Source: Octopus vulgaris
Taxonomy: Eukaryota
Reading direction: 5' to 3'
Length of the DNA stretch: 64,000 nucleotides
Assembly: GCA_951406725.2 (NCBI GenBank)
Contig: OX597828.1
Coordinates: forward strand, 42,594,001-42,658,000
Shown here: positions 43,462-57,205 of the stretch, piece after piece
How positions within the stretch are numbered: the first letter of the stretch is position 1
How the letters are laid out: each line of letters opens with the position of its first letter
The notes under the pieces: model-generated
What the model was told of the DNA's origin: nothing
Database searches by the model: none
The model's input: the letters and a program-made list of their open reading frames with translations, nothing else
Position numbers and translations under genes: made by a program

Positions 43462-44235
43462 AGCACATTTATTGATTCTTATTAGTGTGTTGACTGTTGA
43501 ATGATAGAATCGATGAAAATATGCATTACAGACTTATCGGTTGGTTGACTGCTTGATAGACTGGCTGATTGATAGAGTAATCAATTGATTGATTGAATCA
43601 GTTGAATAATGGAATTGTTGTCTGACTAACCGATCAATTGTCTAATTGACTGATTGATTTTTATTTGTTTTTTGACTGTTGAATGATAGAATTGTTGCTT
43701 GCCTTATAGGTTGATTAACTGCCTGATAGACTGACTGATTGCTAGAGTAATCGATTAGTTAATTGATAGATTTATTGAGTGATTGATTGAATCAGTTCAA
43801 TAATGGAATTATCTGACTAACCGATCGATTGTCTAACTGATTGATTGATTGTTTGAATGAATTATTGACTTACTGATTAAAGGATTTACTGGTGTCGTTA
43901 ACCGAGTGATTGATTAAATAATTCTATAATGGATTCATAGGTTGACTGACAGATTAACTGTTAGATTAACTATTCTGCTGATAAAACGATTGATTGATGA
44001 AACTGTTACCTGATTGGCCGATTGACTAATTAAGCGATTATTTGATTCATTAATTAAATCACTTACCGATTCATTGATTGACTGACTAATAGTGTAATTG
44101 ATACATTGATTGATAACTCGACTGAACGACTAATTATTATTTTGACTAAATGATTGATGAACTAATCGATTGTTTCGTTGAGAGATCTTTTAGTTAGGTG
44201 ATGGATTGATTGACTGCTTGGTCGATTATCTTTTA
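43415..44235. repeat. Degenerate (ATTG)n-derived satellite with a ~180-bp internal duplication
   Basis: TGACTGTTGAATGATAGAAT at ~43492 and ~43674, with collinear downstream blocks. Confidence 0.85.
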
Positions 44236-44244
44236 TCTGTAATT

Positions 44245-44441
44245 TGTTATAGTCATTAGATTGCGACTATTCTGGGGCACCGCCTTAAAGAAGAATTTTT
44301 CGTCGAATGAATCAACTTAAGCGCTTTTATTCCTTTTTCAAGTCTGATACTTATACCATCGGTCTCCTTTACTGAACGGCTGAGTCACATGGACGTAAAC
44401 ATAACAACACCAGTTGTGAGGTAGTGATGGCGGACAAATGA

Positions 44442-44472
<31 letters not shown>

Positions 44473-44628
44473 CGACGAACTTCTTTCAGTTCTCGTCTAC
44501 CAAGGCTTTCGTTGGCCCGAGGCTATAGAAGGCTTGCTTAAAAGTTCCACAAGGAAAGGAACTGAACCTGGGACCACGCGGTTGTGAGAAGCAAGTTCGC
44601 TTCTTACCAGACAGCCACGCCAGCGCCT
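44245..44628 (-). mobile_element. SINE A, old subfamily
   Basis: Diverged reverse match. Confidence 0.8.
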
Positions 44629-45110
44629 ATAAAAAGCAGATTGAGTGACTAACTGATTGTATGATTTGATAGGCAGAGTGATGAATGACTATCTGATCAA
44701 CAGCATGACTGATCGACTGATTAACCAATTAAGTGAGTGATCCATTGAAATGTTTCATGGATTAATTGAAGGAATATCTGAAGGAAAATCCGGAAATGAG
44801 TTTCCCAGAAATAAATCTGTGATCATCGAAGAATGTCGAGATTAAAACTCCGGGGAGTATCAGAAGTTTACCGAGGTTCACAGCGTCTTCGCTGTTTGTC
44901 AGAGTATGTCAAATCTGGGATGTTTATCTCCAACGTTGAGCCGAGGGATTTGTAGGGGCTTCGCTGACTATTGAGGTCACAGACCCCCTATCTTTACTTA
45001 AAACAAGGTTTCTGGTTCACGTCACTGTGGGATTTAATAACAAATATCAAGGCACAAACGCAAATTCATACACATGCTTAAGCGAGCCTGTATCTGTATA
45101 TATGAATATA

Positions 45111-45180
<70 letters not shown>

Positions 45181-45405
45181 TAAATTCATATATATGCGTG
45201 TGTGTGTGTGCGTATCAGTGTATGTATATGCGTGGATAGATATACATAGATGTAATATATGTATATATAAACACACGCACACATATATGCAATTATATGT
45301 ATAAGCACATACACACACATATATACGTATACAAATATATGTACTATATATATTATGTGTCTAATTATGTAAACATGTGTCTATATATCTGTATGTATGT
45401 ATATA

Positions 45406-45451
<46 letters not shown>

Positions 45452-45726
45452 TATGTGTGTGTGCATATATATATGAATAAATGTTTGTTCATATATATAT
45501 ATACGTGTGTATGTGTGTGTGTGTGTGTGTTTATCTGTGTGTCTGTTATATATATATTTTTAAGTGTTCCTGTAGAGGGAAATTCATGGAAGTAAGAGAG
45601 CGAACTCACCCTTGTACGCGCCTGTATAGATGTATGTTTGTGGAGGAGGTGTAGATACCAGTGTGTACACTGTCTAGTGTTTGTATATACACATGTATAT
45701 ACATACATACATACATATATATATAC

Positions 45727-45781
<55 letters not shown>

Positions 45782-45998
45782 TTTATGTATATATTCACTC
45801 GTGTGTGTGTGTGTGTGTGTGTGTGTCTATGGCTTGCTTCCTTTGCAAATTATTGAAGTTTTAGGTTAATTACATTAACATATAAGGTTAGAATTACTCT
45901 CCAGTTATTTGCTGTTGTTGCTGCTGTTGTTTTTACACTACGACTCTGGGGAGACACTAAAAATATGAAACACTTGCAGCGCACACACACGCCTTCCA

Positions 45999-46044
<46 letters not shown>

Positions 46045-46070
46045 AATCTCTCACTCTTCCTCTCTACCTT

Positions 46071-46119
<49 letters not shown>

Positions 46120-46181
46120 ACACACACACAAACACGCACACTCACACACACACACACACGCATACGAATATTACTAAATGC

Positions 46182-46226
<45 letters not shown>

Positions 46227-46522
46227 CATATATGAAAGTATGAATACTGTGTAAGCGATTATGTACCATCCCCATACATACATACATACATACATACATA
46301 CATACATACATACATACATGCATACTTACATACATACATACATGCATACATACATACATAACATACATATATACATACACACATACATACTTACATACAT
46401 ACATACATATATGTATATAGTTTTCGCTTTTTGTACATTATATATCAATGGAGAAATAAAGAAATATGCATGTCTTACATATATTTAAATGCTTATTGTA
46501 TAATTATATACACTTGTTGTAA

Positions 46523-46564
<42 letters not shown>

Positions 46565-46599
46565 CGTGCACACACATATACATATATATAAATAAAAAT

Positions 46600-46853
46600 A
46601 ATAAATGCACCCTTTTAAAGCCTAGCCAGGTCCATGGGCCCGGTTTCCCGGTTTCAATGGCGCATGTGTACCCCAGCTGAACGGGACGCCAGTCCATCGC
46701 AGCGTTACTCATTTTTACCAGGTGAGGGGACTGGAGCAACGTGAAATGAAGTGTTTTGCTCAAGAACACAACGCCTCACCCGGTTCAAGAACTGAAATCA
46801 CAATCTTACGATCATGATGCTGACACCCTAACCACTAATCCACACGCCTCCAC
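46600..46853 (-). mobile_element. SINE C, 3' module 3
   Basis: Same head and core, then GCGATGGACTGGCGTCCCG and an AT-rich tail. Confidence 0.82.
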
Positions 46854-47234
46854 ATACATACATATATATAAATACATATATATATATATATACATACACA
46901 CACACCCACACACATACATATATATATAAGTATATACACACACATACATGTATATATATATATTTATATAACGTTTCTTCGCTATTCATATTCGTTTATG
47001 ATGTCTTCGTATTGTTTAGTATTTTGTTTTCATATACGCCACAAATGAAGATGGGGTATATAGCTATGACCGACATTTCGACCATATTATAAAACAGACA
47101 ACGAAACTAAACTATGAACAAAAAATGAAAGGAAGAATGCATGGATGTGCTGATATCGCTTACCACTTTTTAAAATTCCACACGAAACTAAATGAAATAT
47201 GGGAAGACTTTTGAAGTTTAAAATATTAAAGTAT

Positions 47235-47644
47235 AGGCGCAGGAGTGGCTGTGTGGTAAGTAGCTTGCTTACCAACCACATGGTTCCGGGTTCAGTCCCA
47301 CTGCGTGGCACCTTGAGCAAGTGTCTTCTACTATAGCCTCGGGACCCAATGCCTTGTGAGTGGATTTGGTAGACGGAAACTGAAAGAAGCCTGTCGTATA
47401 TATGTATATATATATGAATGTGTGTGTTTGTGTGTCTGTGTTTGTCCCCCTAGCATTGCTTGACAACCGATGCTGGTGTGTTTACGTCCCCGTTACTTAG
47501 CGGTTCGGCAAAAGAGACCGATAGAATAAGTACTGGGCTTACAAAGAATAAATCCCGGGGTCGATTTGCTCGACTAAAGGCGGTGCTCCAGCATGGCCGC
47601 AGTCAAATAACTGAAACAAGTAAAAGAGTAAAGGAGTAAAAGAG
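47235..47644 (+). mobile_element. SINE A, young copy with TSD
   Basis: TSD TATTAAAGTA at 47224-47233 and 47645-47654. Confidence 0.95.
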
Positions 47645-47943
47645 TATTAAAGTACGAATCGAACACTAATACACATAGGCGTCACACATAATATAAAATC
47701 TAAGTTCATCGAGAGTTAATCGTTAAATAATCTTAAATCTGGCGTTGATTATTTTATCAGTTACCACATTGTTCCCATGATCATTAGTTACCATTGATCA
47801 AACGCATCGACACAGCACCACAGTTAACATGTCTACTTAGTTGTCATTGAGAATGAATTGAGAAATTTAAAGAGCTTTTTGAATGTTATTGTTTCAGTCT
47901 AAACGAAAAGGATTAATAAGGAAGTAATTGGTACTATGATGAT

Positions 47944-48256
47944 TACGACGACGAGGGTTCCAGTTAACCCGATCAACGGAATTGCCTGCTCATGAAATTG
48001 ACCTGCGAGTGGCTAAGTATTCCACAGACACGCGTACCCTTAACGTTAGTTCTCAGGGAGATTCAGTGAGATACAATGTGACAAGGCTGGCCTTTGGAAT
48101 TACAGGTACAATTCATTTTTTTTTTTTACAGTTGAGTGAACTGAAGCAACGTGAAATAAAATGTCTTGCTCAAGCACACAAAGTGCTGCTAGGAATCGAA
48201 CTCACGATCATACGATCTTGAACTGAATACCTTAACCTCTAAGCTATGCACCGTCA
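47944..48256 (-). mobile_element. SINE C, 3' module 1, diverged
   Basis: Matches 6638-6963. Confidence 0.8.
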
Positions 48257-48372
48257 CCAATAATAAGGAAATAATGAAAAACCTTAAACAAGAAAAGATA
48301 TTGCTTGGACATAGTGAATCCTTAGAATATGTTCTACACATACACACATACAAACACACATGCATACATGCA

Positions 48373-48995
48373 TATTCTTTTCTATTCTAAGCACAAGACC
48401 CGAAATATATGGGGAGAGGGTAGTCGATTAGATCGATCCCAGTACGTAACAGGTACTTAATTTAGCGACCTCCAAAAGATGAAAAGTAAAGTTGAGCTCA
48501 GCGGAATTTTAAACTCAGAACGCAAAAACGGACAAAATTCTGCTATGCAATTTGCTTGGCGCGCTTACGATTCTGCCAATTCACCATCTTTTTAATTTTT
48601 AATATTCTTTTCTACACAGATTTTGGGGGAGGGGCACAGTCGATTAGATCCACCCCAGTATGCAACTGGTACTTAATTAATCAACCCCGAAAAGATGAAA
48701 GGGAAAGTCGACCTCGGCGGAATTTGAACTCAGAACGTAGCGGCAGACGAAATACCTATTTCTTTACTACCCACAAGGGGTTAAATAAACACAGAGAGGA
48801 CAAACAAGGACAGACAAACGGATTAAGTCGATTATATCAACTCCAGTGCGTAATTGGTACTTATTTAATCGACCCCGAAAGGATGAAAGGCAAAGTCGAC
48901 CTGGGCGGAATTTTGAACTCAGAACTTAGCGGCAGACGAAATACCGCTAAGCATTTCGCCCGGCGTGCTAACGTTTCTGCCAGCTCGCCGTCTTA
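48373..48995 (-). mobile_element. SINE B: an old copy plus a composite copy (48604-48995)
   Basis: Head-body-tail1-body-tail2 arrangement. Confidence 0.9.
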
Positions 48996-49898
48996 TTAAT
49001 TTTTAATATTAGCACAAAGAAACACAAAGAGCGGTTTGAGCCCCGGCTGTCTTAGCAGCATAATAGGTCCCTCGGAAAATCGATGCATTGGGCCCTATAA
49101 TATGTATTGCCACATAATACATCGGTCAGAATTGGGACGCTAGACTTGTGTAATCTCTGAGCAACTACCGAGTGTATCCATGCTCAAAGCTGGCCCTGGC
49201 TCGAGCACCAGTGAAGCCAGAGCCTCATAGTTGTCCAAATAAGTAACAAGAATTTCTGAATGAGTAGGAGAAGAACGGGAATAGTGACATGTCCATTGAA
49301 GAAAAGGGAGCAAAAATAGCATCAAATACAAAAATGGTATATTGTCGCTAAAATCCCGGGTGAAGTCATGACGGACACTTATGTTCTAATGGCCTCCGAT
49401 GACTTCAAAGATAATCTGGGATTATCTCACTGAGATGACTGGTGGTGGTGCAGGAAAACGCCCAGTTGCTACATAAATTGCAATAAAGCCTAACTGAAGA
49501 TTCCTCCCTGGAAGAAGATAGAAAGGAAACCACAAAGATAAAAGACAACAAAAGAGCGACAAAAAACACAACTACCGATTCTAAGGTGACTACAATTGTT
49601 GCTAGAACTTTTGAGACAGCACTACCAGTTACAGCTCCCCGAGGAGCCAAAACTGAGTCTCAAGATTCTAAAAGTCAATTGCGAGTATCCGATGGAAATG
49701 TTGAATATGCTAAAGAAGAATTTTAAAAATGCTGCCCCAGTTCAGTAGGGGATAGTGGAGGAGAAATTATATCGATTTGAAAAATGACAGAGAGTTGGAA
49801 TAAAAACCTTCAGAAGTCAACATCACGTATCTATATGCAGTTAGAGTATCCCGACCGGAGGATGATGGAGACTTCTGCATTTAGCCAAACTCTAAAAT

Positions 49899-50121
49899 TC
49901 TTTTACTTTTTTATTCTTTTACATGTTTCAGTCATTTGACTGTGGCCATGCTGGAGCACCGCCTTTAGTCGTGCAAATCGACCCCAGGACTTATTCTTTG
50001 CAAGCCTAGTACTTATTCTATCGGTCTCTTTTGCCGAACCGCTAAGTGACGGGGACGTAAACACACCAGCATCGGTTGTCAAGCGATGGTGGGGGGACAA
50101 ACACAGACGCAAAAAACGTAT

Positions 50122-50156
<35 letters not shown>

Positions 50157-50328
50157 CATATATACGACGGGCTTCTTTCAGTTTCCGCCTACCAAATCCA
50201 CTCACAAGGCTTTGGTCGGCCCGAGGCTATAATAGAAGACACTTGCCCAAGGTGCTACGTAGTGGGACTGAACCCGGAACCATGTGGTTGGTAAGCAAGC
50301 TACTTACCACACAGCCACTCCTACGCCT
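49899..50328 (-). mobile_element. SINE A, full length
   Basis: Reverse match. Confidence 0.92.
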
Positions 50329-50442
50329 ACTTTCGGAAAATTTGAGCGAGGCTTAGTTTGAAGATTGTGGTTAGGTAACATGGTAATCGGAGCGTGGAGT
50401 ATTCTGATTTTATCTACTTGGTGGTTTGTCCCACTTCGTATA

Positions 50443-50847
50443 CTCTTACTCTTTACTCTTTTACTTGTTTCAGTCATTTGACTGCGGCCATGCTGGAGCA
50501 CCACCTTTAATCGAGCAACTCGACCCCGGAACTTATTCTTTGTAAGCCCAGTACTTATTCTATCGGTCTCTTTTGCCGAACCGCTAGGTGACGGAGACAT
50601 AAACACACCAGCATCAGTTGTCAAGCAATGCTAGGGAGACAAACACAGACACACAAACACGCATATATATATATACATATATACGACAGGCTTCTTTCAG
50701 TTTCCGTCTACCAAATCCACTCACAAGGCTTTGGTCGGCCCGAGGCTATAGCAGAAGACACTTGCCCAAGGTGCCACGCAGTGGGACTGAACCCGGAACC
50801 ATGTGGTTGGTAAGCAAGCTACTTACCACACAGCCACTCCTGCGCCT
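50443..50847 (-). mobile_element. SINE A, full length
   Basis: Reverse match. Confidence 0.92.
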
Positions 50848-51379
50848 GTGGATTGTTGATATTTGTCTTGAATATTAAATATTTAACCAGTGTTGATATA
50901 TTTGTATTACAGGTCCTTAGGTTCTGAGGATCCTCGTTAACGACAGGGATAACCTGGAGCCTGCACCATTGATGGAGCGGAGACGAGATAAGTAAGACTA
51001 GTGGCGCAGGAGAATTTAGGGTCAAGGAGCGTCATTGGAACCAAGATCGCGAAAATCTCACTGTTACAAACTCCAGCCATCTCGTATATCTGTATACACA
51101 CACACACACAGTCTCTCAGTCTCTCTCTCTGTCTCTCTCTGTCTGTCTGTCTCTCTCCCTCTCTCTCTCTCTCTCACTCTCTCTGACTTTCCACCTCCTA
51201 CCTCATCCGTTCCGTATCTTCCTTAAACTCGCTTCTTCTCCATTTAGTCTTTACCGACATCAAAGAAAATCCCCGTCGCCATGACCCACAATCAAAGTGT
51301 TATAACTGTTCTCCGTACCGACTGCAACCCACCCCCAATGTCTTACTTTCAGGAAACGACACTTCTACGCCTCCCCACC

Positions 51380-51660
51380 TCTTGTTGTTGTTGTTCTTCT
51401 TCTTCTTTTTCCCCTTTTTTTCTTCTTCTTTTTCTTCTTTTTCTTTTTCTTCTTCTTCTTCTTCTTCTTCTTCTTCTTCTTCTTCTTCTTCTTCTCCTTC
51501 TTCTTCTTCTTCTTCCTTTTTCCTTCTTCTTCTTCTTTTTTTTCCTTTTTCTTCTTTTTCTTCTTCTTCTTCTTCTTCTTCTTCTTCTTCTTCTTCTTCT
51601 TCTTCTTCTTCTTCACCGGCACCACCACCACCACCACTACCACCACTATCATCATCATCG
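51380..51660. repeat. (TTC)n/(CAC)n microsatellite
   Basis: Seen directly. Confidence 0.95.
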
Positions 51661-52279
51661 GCAACATGCCGTATAATCCATTCAACAGATGTTCTCTCTC
51701 TTTCTCTCTCTCTCTCTCTCCCTGTATGTAAATCTTTGCTAACTCGTGATCGCCATTTAATTTCCATCAAACCCCCATCACCACCACCACCACTACCACC
51801 CTCCATTACACCCACCCTGTACAACACCACACTCCCGCCCTACAAACCCACCACCCACACCCACATCACACCTCATACCCACAATCTTACCTCGTACCAC
51901 TGGTTTCCCCACATCGCCACTACACCACACCAGACCATACCCGATTCACCATACACAACCCACCTTACATCACAACACGACATCATACATCTACCCCTTT
52001 GCGTCATTGCCTACCCCGATTAAAAACCATTCTCACCGCCCTTGCGTTACCGTTTACCCATATTACCAGCCACCACCTCACCATACTTCACAATATTACC
52101 AAATCGCCACCAACCCCCCACCTAACCTAGCAGTGCCCCATGCCATCATATGACCCCACTTTACATTATAATACCCCATATCACTACACCTTCCACCCGT
52201 CTTCTAGATTTCTTGAATAGTTTTTTCAGATTGCAACATTTAAACGGGTATCATAGATGTGAATAGAAACATTCACACA

Positions 52280-52329
<50 letters not shown>

Positions 52330-52354
52330 ACACGCACACACATTCATGTATACA

Positions 52355-52398
<44 letters not shown>

Positions 52399-52484
52399 CA
52401 CACACACACATATATATGATATATATATGTACACATATATAATATATATATATATATGTATGTGCATATATATATATATATAAT

Positions 52485-52525
<41 letters not shown>

Positions 52526-52527
<2 letters not shown>

Positions 52528-52851
52528 GCACAGGAGTGGCTGTGTGGTAAGTAGCTTGCTTACTAAAACACATGGTTCCGGGTTCAGTCCCACTGCGTGA
52601 CACCTTGGGCAAGTGTCTTTCTACTATAGCCCTTGAGTGGATTTGGTAGACGAAACTGAAAAAATATATGTGTCTGTGTTTGCCCCCCACCCCCACCACT
52701 ATCGCTTAACAACCGATGTTGGTGTGTTTACGTCCCCGTAACTTAGCGGTTCGGCTAAGAGACCGATAGAATAAGTACTAGGCTTACAAAGAATAAGTCC
52801 TGGGGGTCGATGTGTTCAACTAAAAGCGGTGCTCCAGCATAGCCGCAGTCA
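52526..52851 (+). mobile_element. SINE A with internal deletions
   Basis: Head and 3' half match. Confidence 0.88.
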
Positions 52852-52853
52852 AC

Positions 52854-53033
52854 ATTAAATCCCTTGTGAATTCTGAAAAGATTCCTGACCAAGAACAACA
52901 TCTTCAAATAATTATCGAAGCGTGTGAACAAGTCAACGGCAATGAAGCGCAATTTCAGAAGGTTCGTCGCAGTTTCAAATTCCGTATGAACTCTTCTTTA
53001 GAGCTACATGACCAACACTTTGAATATTTGTAA
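52854..53033 (+). pseudogene. Tc1/mariner transposase C-terminal relic
   Basis: Open frame IKSLVNSEKIPDQEQHLQIIIEACEQV...FQKVRRSFKFR...HFEYL*. Confidence 0.6.
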
Positions 53034-53159
53034 TGGATTACCTACTTCGTTACTAATAAAGAGAACTTAATATCTCCCATAGTGTACACAGTATCATACG
53101 ATATATTTCTCTTTGCTAATTGCTCTTCAAATTATGCAAAGCCATAAACATGTCCTCGT

Positions 53160-53407
53160 GGGTAGTAAAGAAATAAGAAGTAAGCTTCCCAAACCACATG
53201 GTTCCGGGTTCAGTCTCACGGTGAGGCACATCGGCCAAGTATCTTCTACTTGGGCCGATGAAAGCCTTGAAAGAGGATCTGGTAGGCAGAAACTAAAGGA
53301 AGCCCGTTATATATGTATGTGTTTGTGTGTGTGTGTGCGCGCATGTGTGCGAGTGTGTGTATGTGTGTATGTGTATAAATGTGCGAGTGTGTGTATATGT
53401 GTGTGTG

Positions 53408-53439
<32 letters not shown>

Positions 53440-53469
53440 TGTATGTATGTATGTATGTATGTATGTATG

Positions 53470-53508
<39 letters not shown>

Positions 53509-53833
53509 AACTGCTAAGTTGCGAGAACTTAAACACACAAACACCGGTGGAGGTGAGGGAAACAGACACAAAGACCCACGCACATAGATATATGTGCGTG
53601 TGTTTTTGTGTTTGTTACCCCTCCTCCACACACCACCACTACCTCTACCTCAGCTTGACAACCGGTATTGGTGTGTTTACGTCCCCGTAATTCAGTTCAG
53701 CAAGAGAGACCGATCGAATATGCACCAAGCTTAAAATGAAGAAATAAACACCGAAGGTGATTCATTCGACTAAAAAATTCTTCAAAACGGTGCCCCAGCA
53801 TGACCGCAGTGTAATGTTTGAAATGAGTAAAGG
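53160..53833 (+). mobile_element. SINE A, old, with an expanded internal microsatellite
   Basis: Diverged halves around ~300 bp of repeat-rich sequence. Confidence 0.75.
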
Positions 53834-54035
53834 ACAAAAAAAAAAAGGGGGGAGGAGTAATTTATGTTGTACGGTATTTGACAAGCCTATACTTGCCAAA
53901 ATGGATGACATGAGATGAAAAGAAAAGTTTTGTAAGTATGGAAAGAAGAAATTTGTTTAATTTGAATGTTAAGAGTAAAACTCTCTTGAAAGGAAAAATG
54001 GCGTTGGTATGCAATTTAGATTACTTATTCACACA

Positions 54036-54075
<40 letters not shown>

Positions 54076-54179
54076 TACATGCATACACACACACATATAT
54101 ACTTATGTATGTATGTATGTATGTATTTTTTTCTCTCTAGTTTCAGCTCAGAGCTGCGGCCATGCTGATGCGCCGTATG

Positions 54180-54230
<51 letters not shown>

Positions 54231-54931
54231 GCATACATATATATGTGTATATATATACTTATATATATATATATATGTATGTATGCGTGTGTATCTACGT
54301 GTATATATATATATATATATTCACATATATATTACGTAAATGTGTGTGTTGAATTTCTGATTTCTTAATTAATCAATTGGTTTAACTGCCGAGACATTTC
54401 AATAAGTATAATATATAAAAACAAAAACACAAAAAAAAAACAGCAAAAAAAAAACAAAAAAACAAACAAAAGAAAATAAAAGTAAAAACGAAACAAAATG
54501 AAATAAAATAAAATAAAATAAAATAAAATAAAATAAAATAAAAGCGGAAAACCTGATCGGCTGTGGTTCAGTGACTTAGCGTCGGATGTTATGTGTTAAG
54601 TGCACTAACATCGAGGTCGCTCTTTCAATAAATATTTTAATTGATGGAGAATGCTATGAAAAGAGGGATTTATCACAAAATCTACAACAACAACAACAAA
54701 CAAACACACACACACACACACACACACACATGTGTATATATATACACACATACGTACACATGATCAGACAGGAACCAAATTTCTCCTTTTCCCCTACAGC
54801 ATTAAAGGTTGCAAGTGGTTTTTGTACTTACATTCCTGCCTACAGCTTTAACAACAAAGTCGTTAACAGACCCAAGGTCATGTTTTAAAAGGTTGAACTG
54901 AAAACCCCTGGCATGCGCTCTTAGCCGTACA

Positions 54932-54967
<36 letters not shown>

Positions 54968-54999
54968 TTTACATATTTTATAGCTTCTGTTTTTTTTAT

Positions 55000-55412
55000 T
55001 TGTTTTAGTCATTAGACTGCGGCCATGCTGGGGCATCGCTTTGAAGAATATATAGTATAGTCGAACGAATCGACCCCAGGGCTTATTTTTGTTTTTTAAA
55101 CCCGGTGCTAATTCCTTCGCTTTCTCTTTCGCCGAACCGTTAAGTCACGGGGACGTAAACATACTAACACCGGCTGTCAAGCAGTGATGAGAGACAAACA
55201 GACACAAAGACACATACATACACACGCACGCACACACATACACACACTCACTCATGACGGGCTTCATTCAGTTTCCGTCTACCAAATCCTCTCACGAAGC
55301 TTTGGTTGGTCCGAAGCTATAGTAGAAAGCACTTGCCTAATGTGTAACGCAGTAGGACTGAACCCGGAACCATGTGGTTGGGAAGCAAACTTCTTACCAT
55401 ACAGCCACGCCT
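55000..55412 (-). mobile_element. SINE A, old
   Basis: Diverged reverse match. Confidence 0.82.
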
Positions 55413-55724
55413 GTATTTATTAATTTATTTTTCGTTTTCATTTACTAGTCTTAGACAAGGTACCCTGGCCATTCTGGGGCACCTCCATCAGATGTTTTAT
55501 TCGGTTATACCAATCCTAGTATCAGTAGAGTTGCTTGAGCGTGGGTGCCGAGGGATGCAACCCTTGTACATGCCGCGCTCCTCAAGCCTGAACAGGCATA
55601 TACAGCAGCCCCAAAAGTACCACTCCGATAAAAACGTCGCATGGGACCGACGGACTTCCCACCTTTCACTACGCCCCCTAGCGTCACTTGTGTCAACTAC
55701 TTTTAAATAGCGTTCATTTCGTCG

Positions 55725-56322
55725 GCGAGCTGGCAGAAACGTTAGCACGCCAGGCGAAATGCGTAGCCATATTTCGTCTGCCGTTACGTTCTGAGTTCAA
55801 ATTCCGCCGAGGTCGACTTTGCCTTTCATCCTTTTGGAGTCGATAAATTAAGTACCAGTTACGCACTGGGGTCCACGTAATCGACTTAATCCGTTTGTTT
55901 GTCCTTGTTTGTCCCCTCTATGTTTAGCCCCTTGTGGGTAATAAAGAAATACATATTTCGTCTGCCGTTACGTTCTGAGTTCAAATTCCGCCGAGGTCGA
56001 CTTTGCCTTTCATCCTTTTGGAGTCGATAAATTAAGTACCAGTTACGCACTGGGGTCCACGTAATCGACTTAATCCGTTTGTTTGTCCTTGTTTGTCCCC
56101 TCTATGTTTAGCCCCTTGTGGGTAATAAAGAAATACATATTTCGTCTGCCGTTACGTTCTGAGTTCAAATTCCGCCGAGGTCGACTTTGCCTTTCATCCT
56201 TTTGGGGTCGATAAATTAAGTACCAGTTACGCACTGGGGTCCACGTAATCGACTTAATCCGTTTGTTTGTCCTTGTTTGTCCCCTCTGTGTTTAGCCCCT
56301 TGTGGGTAGTAAAGAAATAGGT
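55725..56322 (+). mobile_element. SINE B with one head and three tandem 184-bp bodies
   Basis: ATATTTCGTCTGCC recurs at 55769, 55953 and 56137. Confidence 0.95.
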
Positions 56323-56654
56323 ATCGTAATATAACGAAATTCAAAATGGAAAATTAGATAAAGTAGTGTTACGCCATCGTTTTTTTTTTTTTTCAGTTTT
56401 AATCCTCATTTAAAACCTGCCGAGTTCAAACTAACCCTAATTATATATAAAAATGCAATTGCTGAATTCTAGTCTAATTCAGGAATTAGCGTATAGTGCT
56501 GCTATAGAAACATGGAGACTAGTTAATACAAACAGCAGTTATTGAAAGTGTAGTTTAGTCTTTTATAAAGCCAACCACGTAACTGGACTTAGCATTAACC
56601 AGTTTCGACGACGGGAATATCATACAAGGGAGCCGGCTTCTGTGTTAGTTCACA

Positions 56655-56890
56655 CCTATTTCTTTATTACCCACAAGGGGCTAAACATAGAGGGGACAAA
56701 CAAGGACAGACATAGGTATTAAGTCGATTACATCGACCCCCAGTGCGTAACTGGTACTTAATTTATCGACCCCGAAAGGATGAAAGGCAAAGTCAACCTC
56801 GGCAGAATTTGAACTCACAACGTAACGGCAGACGAAATACCGCTAAGCATCTCGCCCGACGTGCTAACGTTTCTGCCAGCTCGCCGCCTT
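56655..56890 (-). mobile_element. SINE B, young
   Basis: TSD GTGTTAGTTCACACC at ~56642-56656 and 56894-56908. Confidence 0.93.
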
Positions 56891-56925
56891 TTAGTGTTAG
56901 TTCACACCGTCTGCCTTTCCAATCT

Positions 56926-56975
56926 CCGCTGCTGACGAGGAGATAACCACTCCGAAATGCATGCACCCAACAGTC
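56926..56975 (+). ncRNA. Hammerhead-like motif with an intact core and a decayed stem III/cleavage site
   Basis: CTGACGA-GGAG-ATAACCA-CTCC-GAAA-TGCATGCA (palindromic). Confidence 0.6.
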
Positions 56976-57140
56976 TGCTTAGGGTGCGCTGCAAACTGAC
57001 TCATTGTATTTATACCTATTTAAGGAAGGGGAACAAACTACTCATTGTGGTTTGTCACGGTGAATATATCTCGTTTGTTAACTACTCGTGTGTATACACC
57101 TAGATGAGCTCGCAGCGCCATCTACCTTGACTGTGAGAAG

Positions 57141-57172
57141 CTAGCATTTCGGAGTAGTTATCTCCTCATCGC
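57141..57172 (-). ncRNA. Inverted second copy of the 56926 hammerhead-like motif
   Basis: Reverse strand reads GCGATGA-GGAG-ATAACTA-CTCC-GAAA-TGC. Confidence 0.5.
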
Positions 57173-57205
57173 GCACCGGGCAGACGACACTACGGGATTT
57201 AGTAC

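Larger units (their letters stand above)
49150..51050 (+). pseudogene. Possible degenerate L1/Tx1 ORF1-endonuclease region, broken by two SINE A copies
   Basis: A weak LVVV..KRP..C motif near 49440-49480 followed by a K/T/E-rich stretch. Many stops. Confidence 0.25.
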
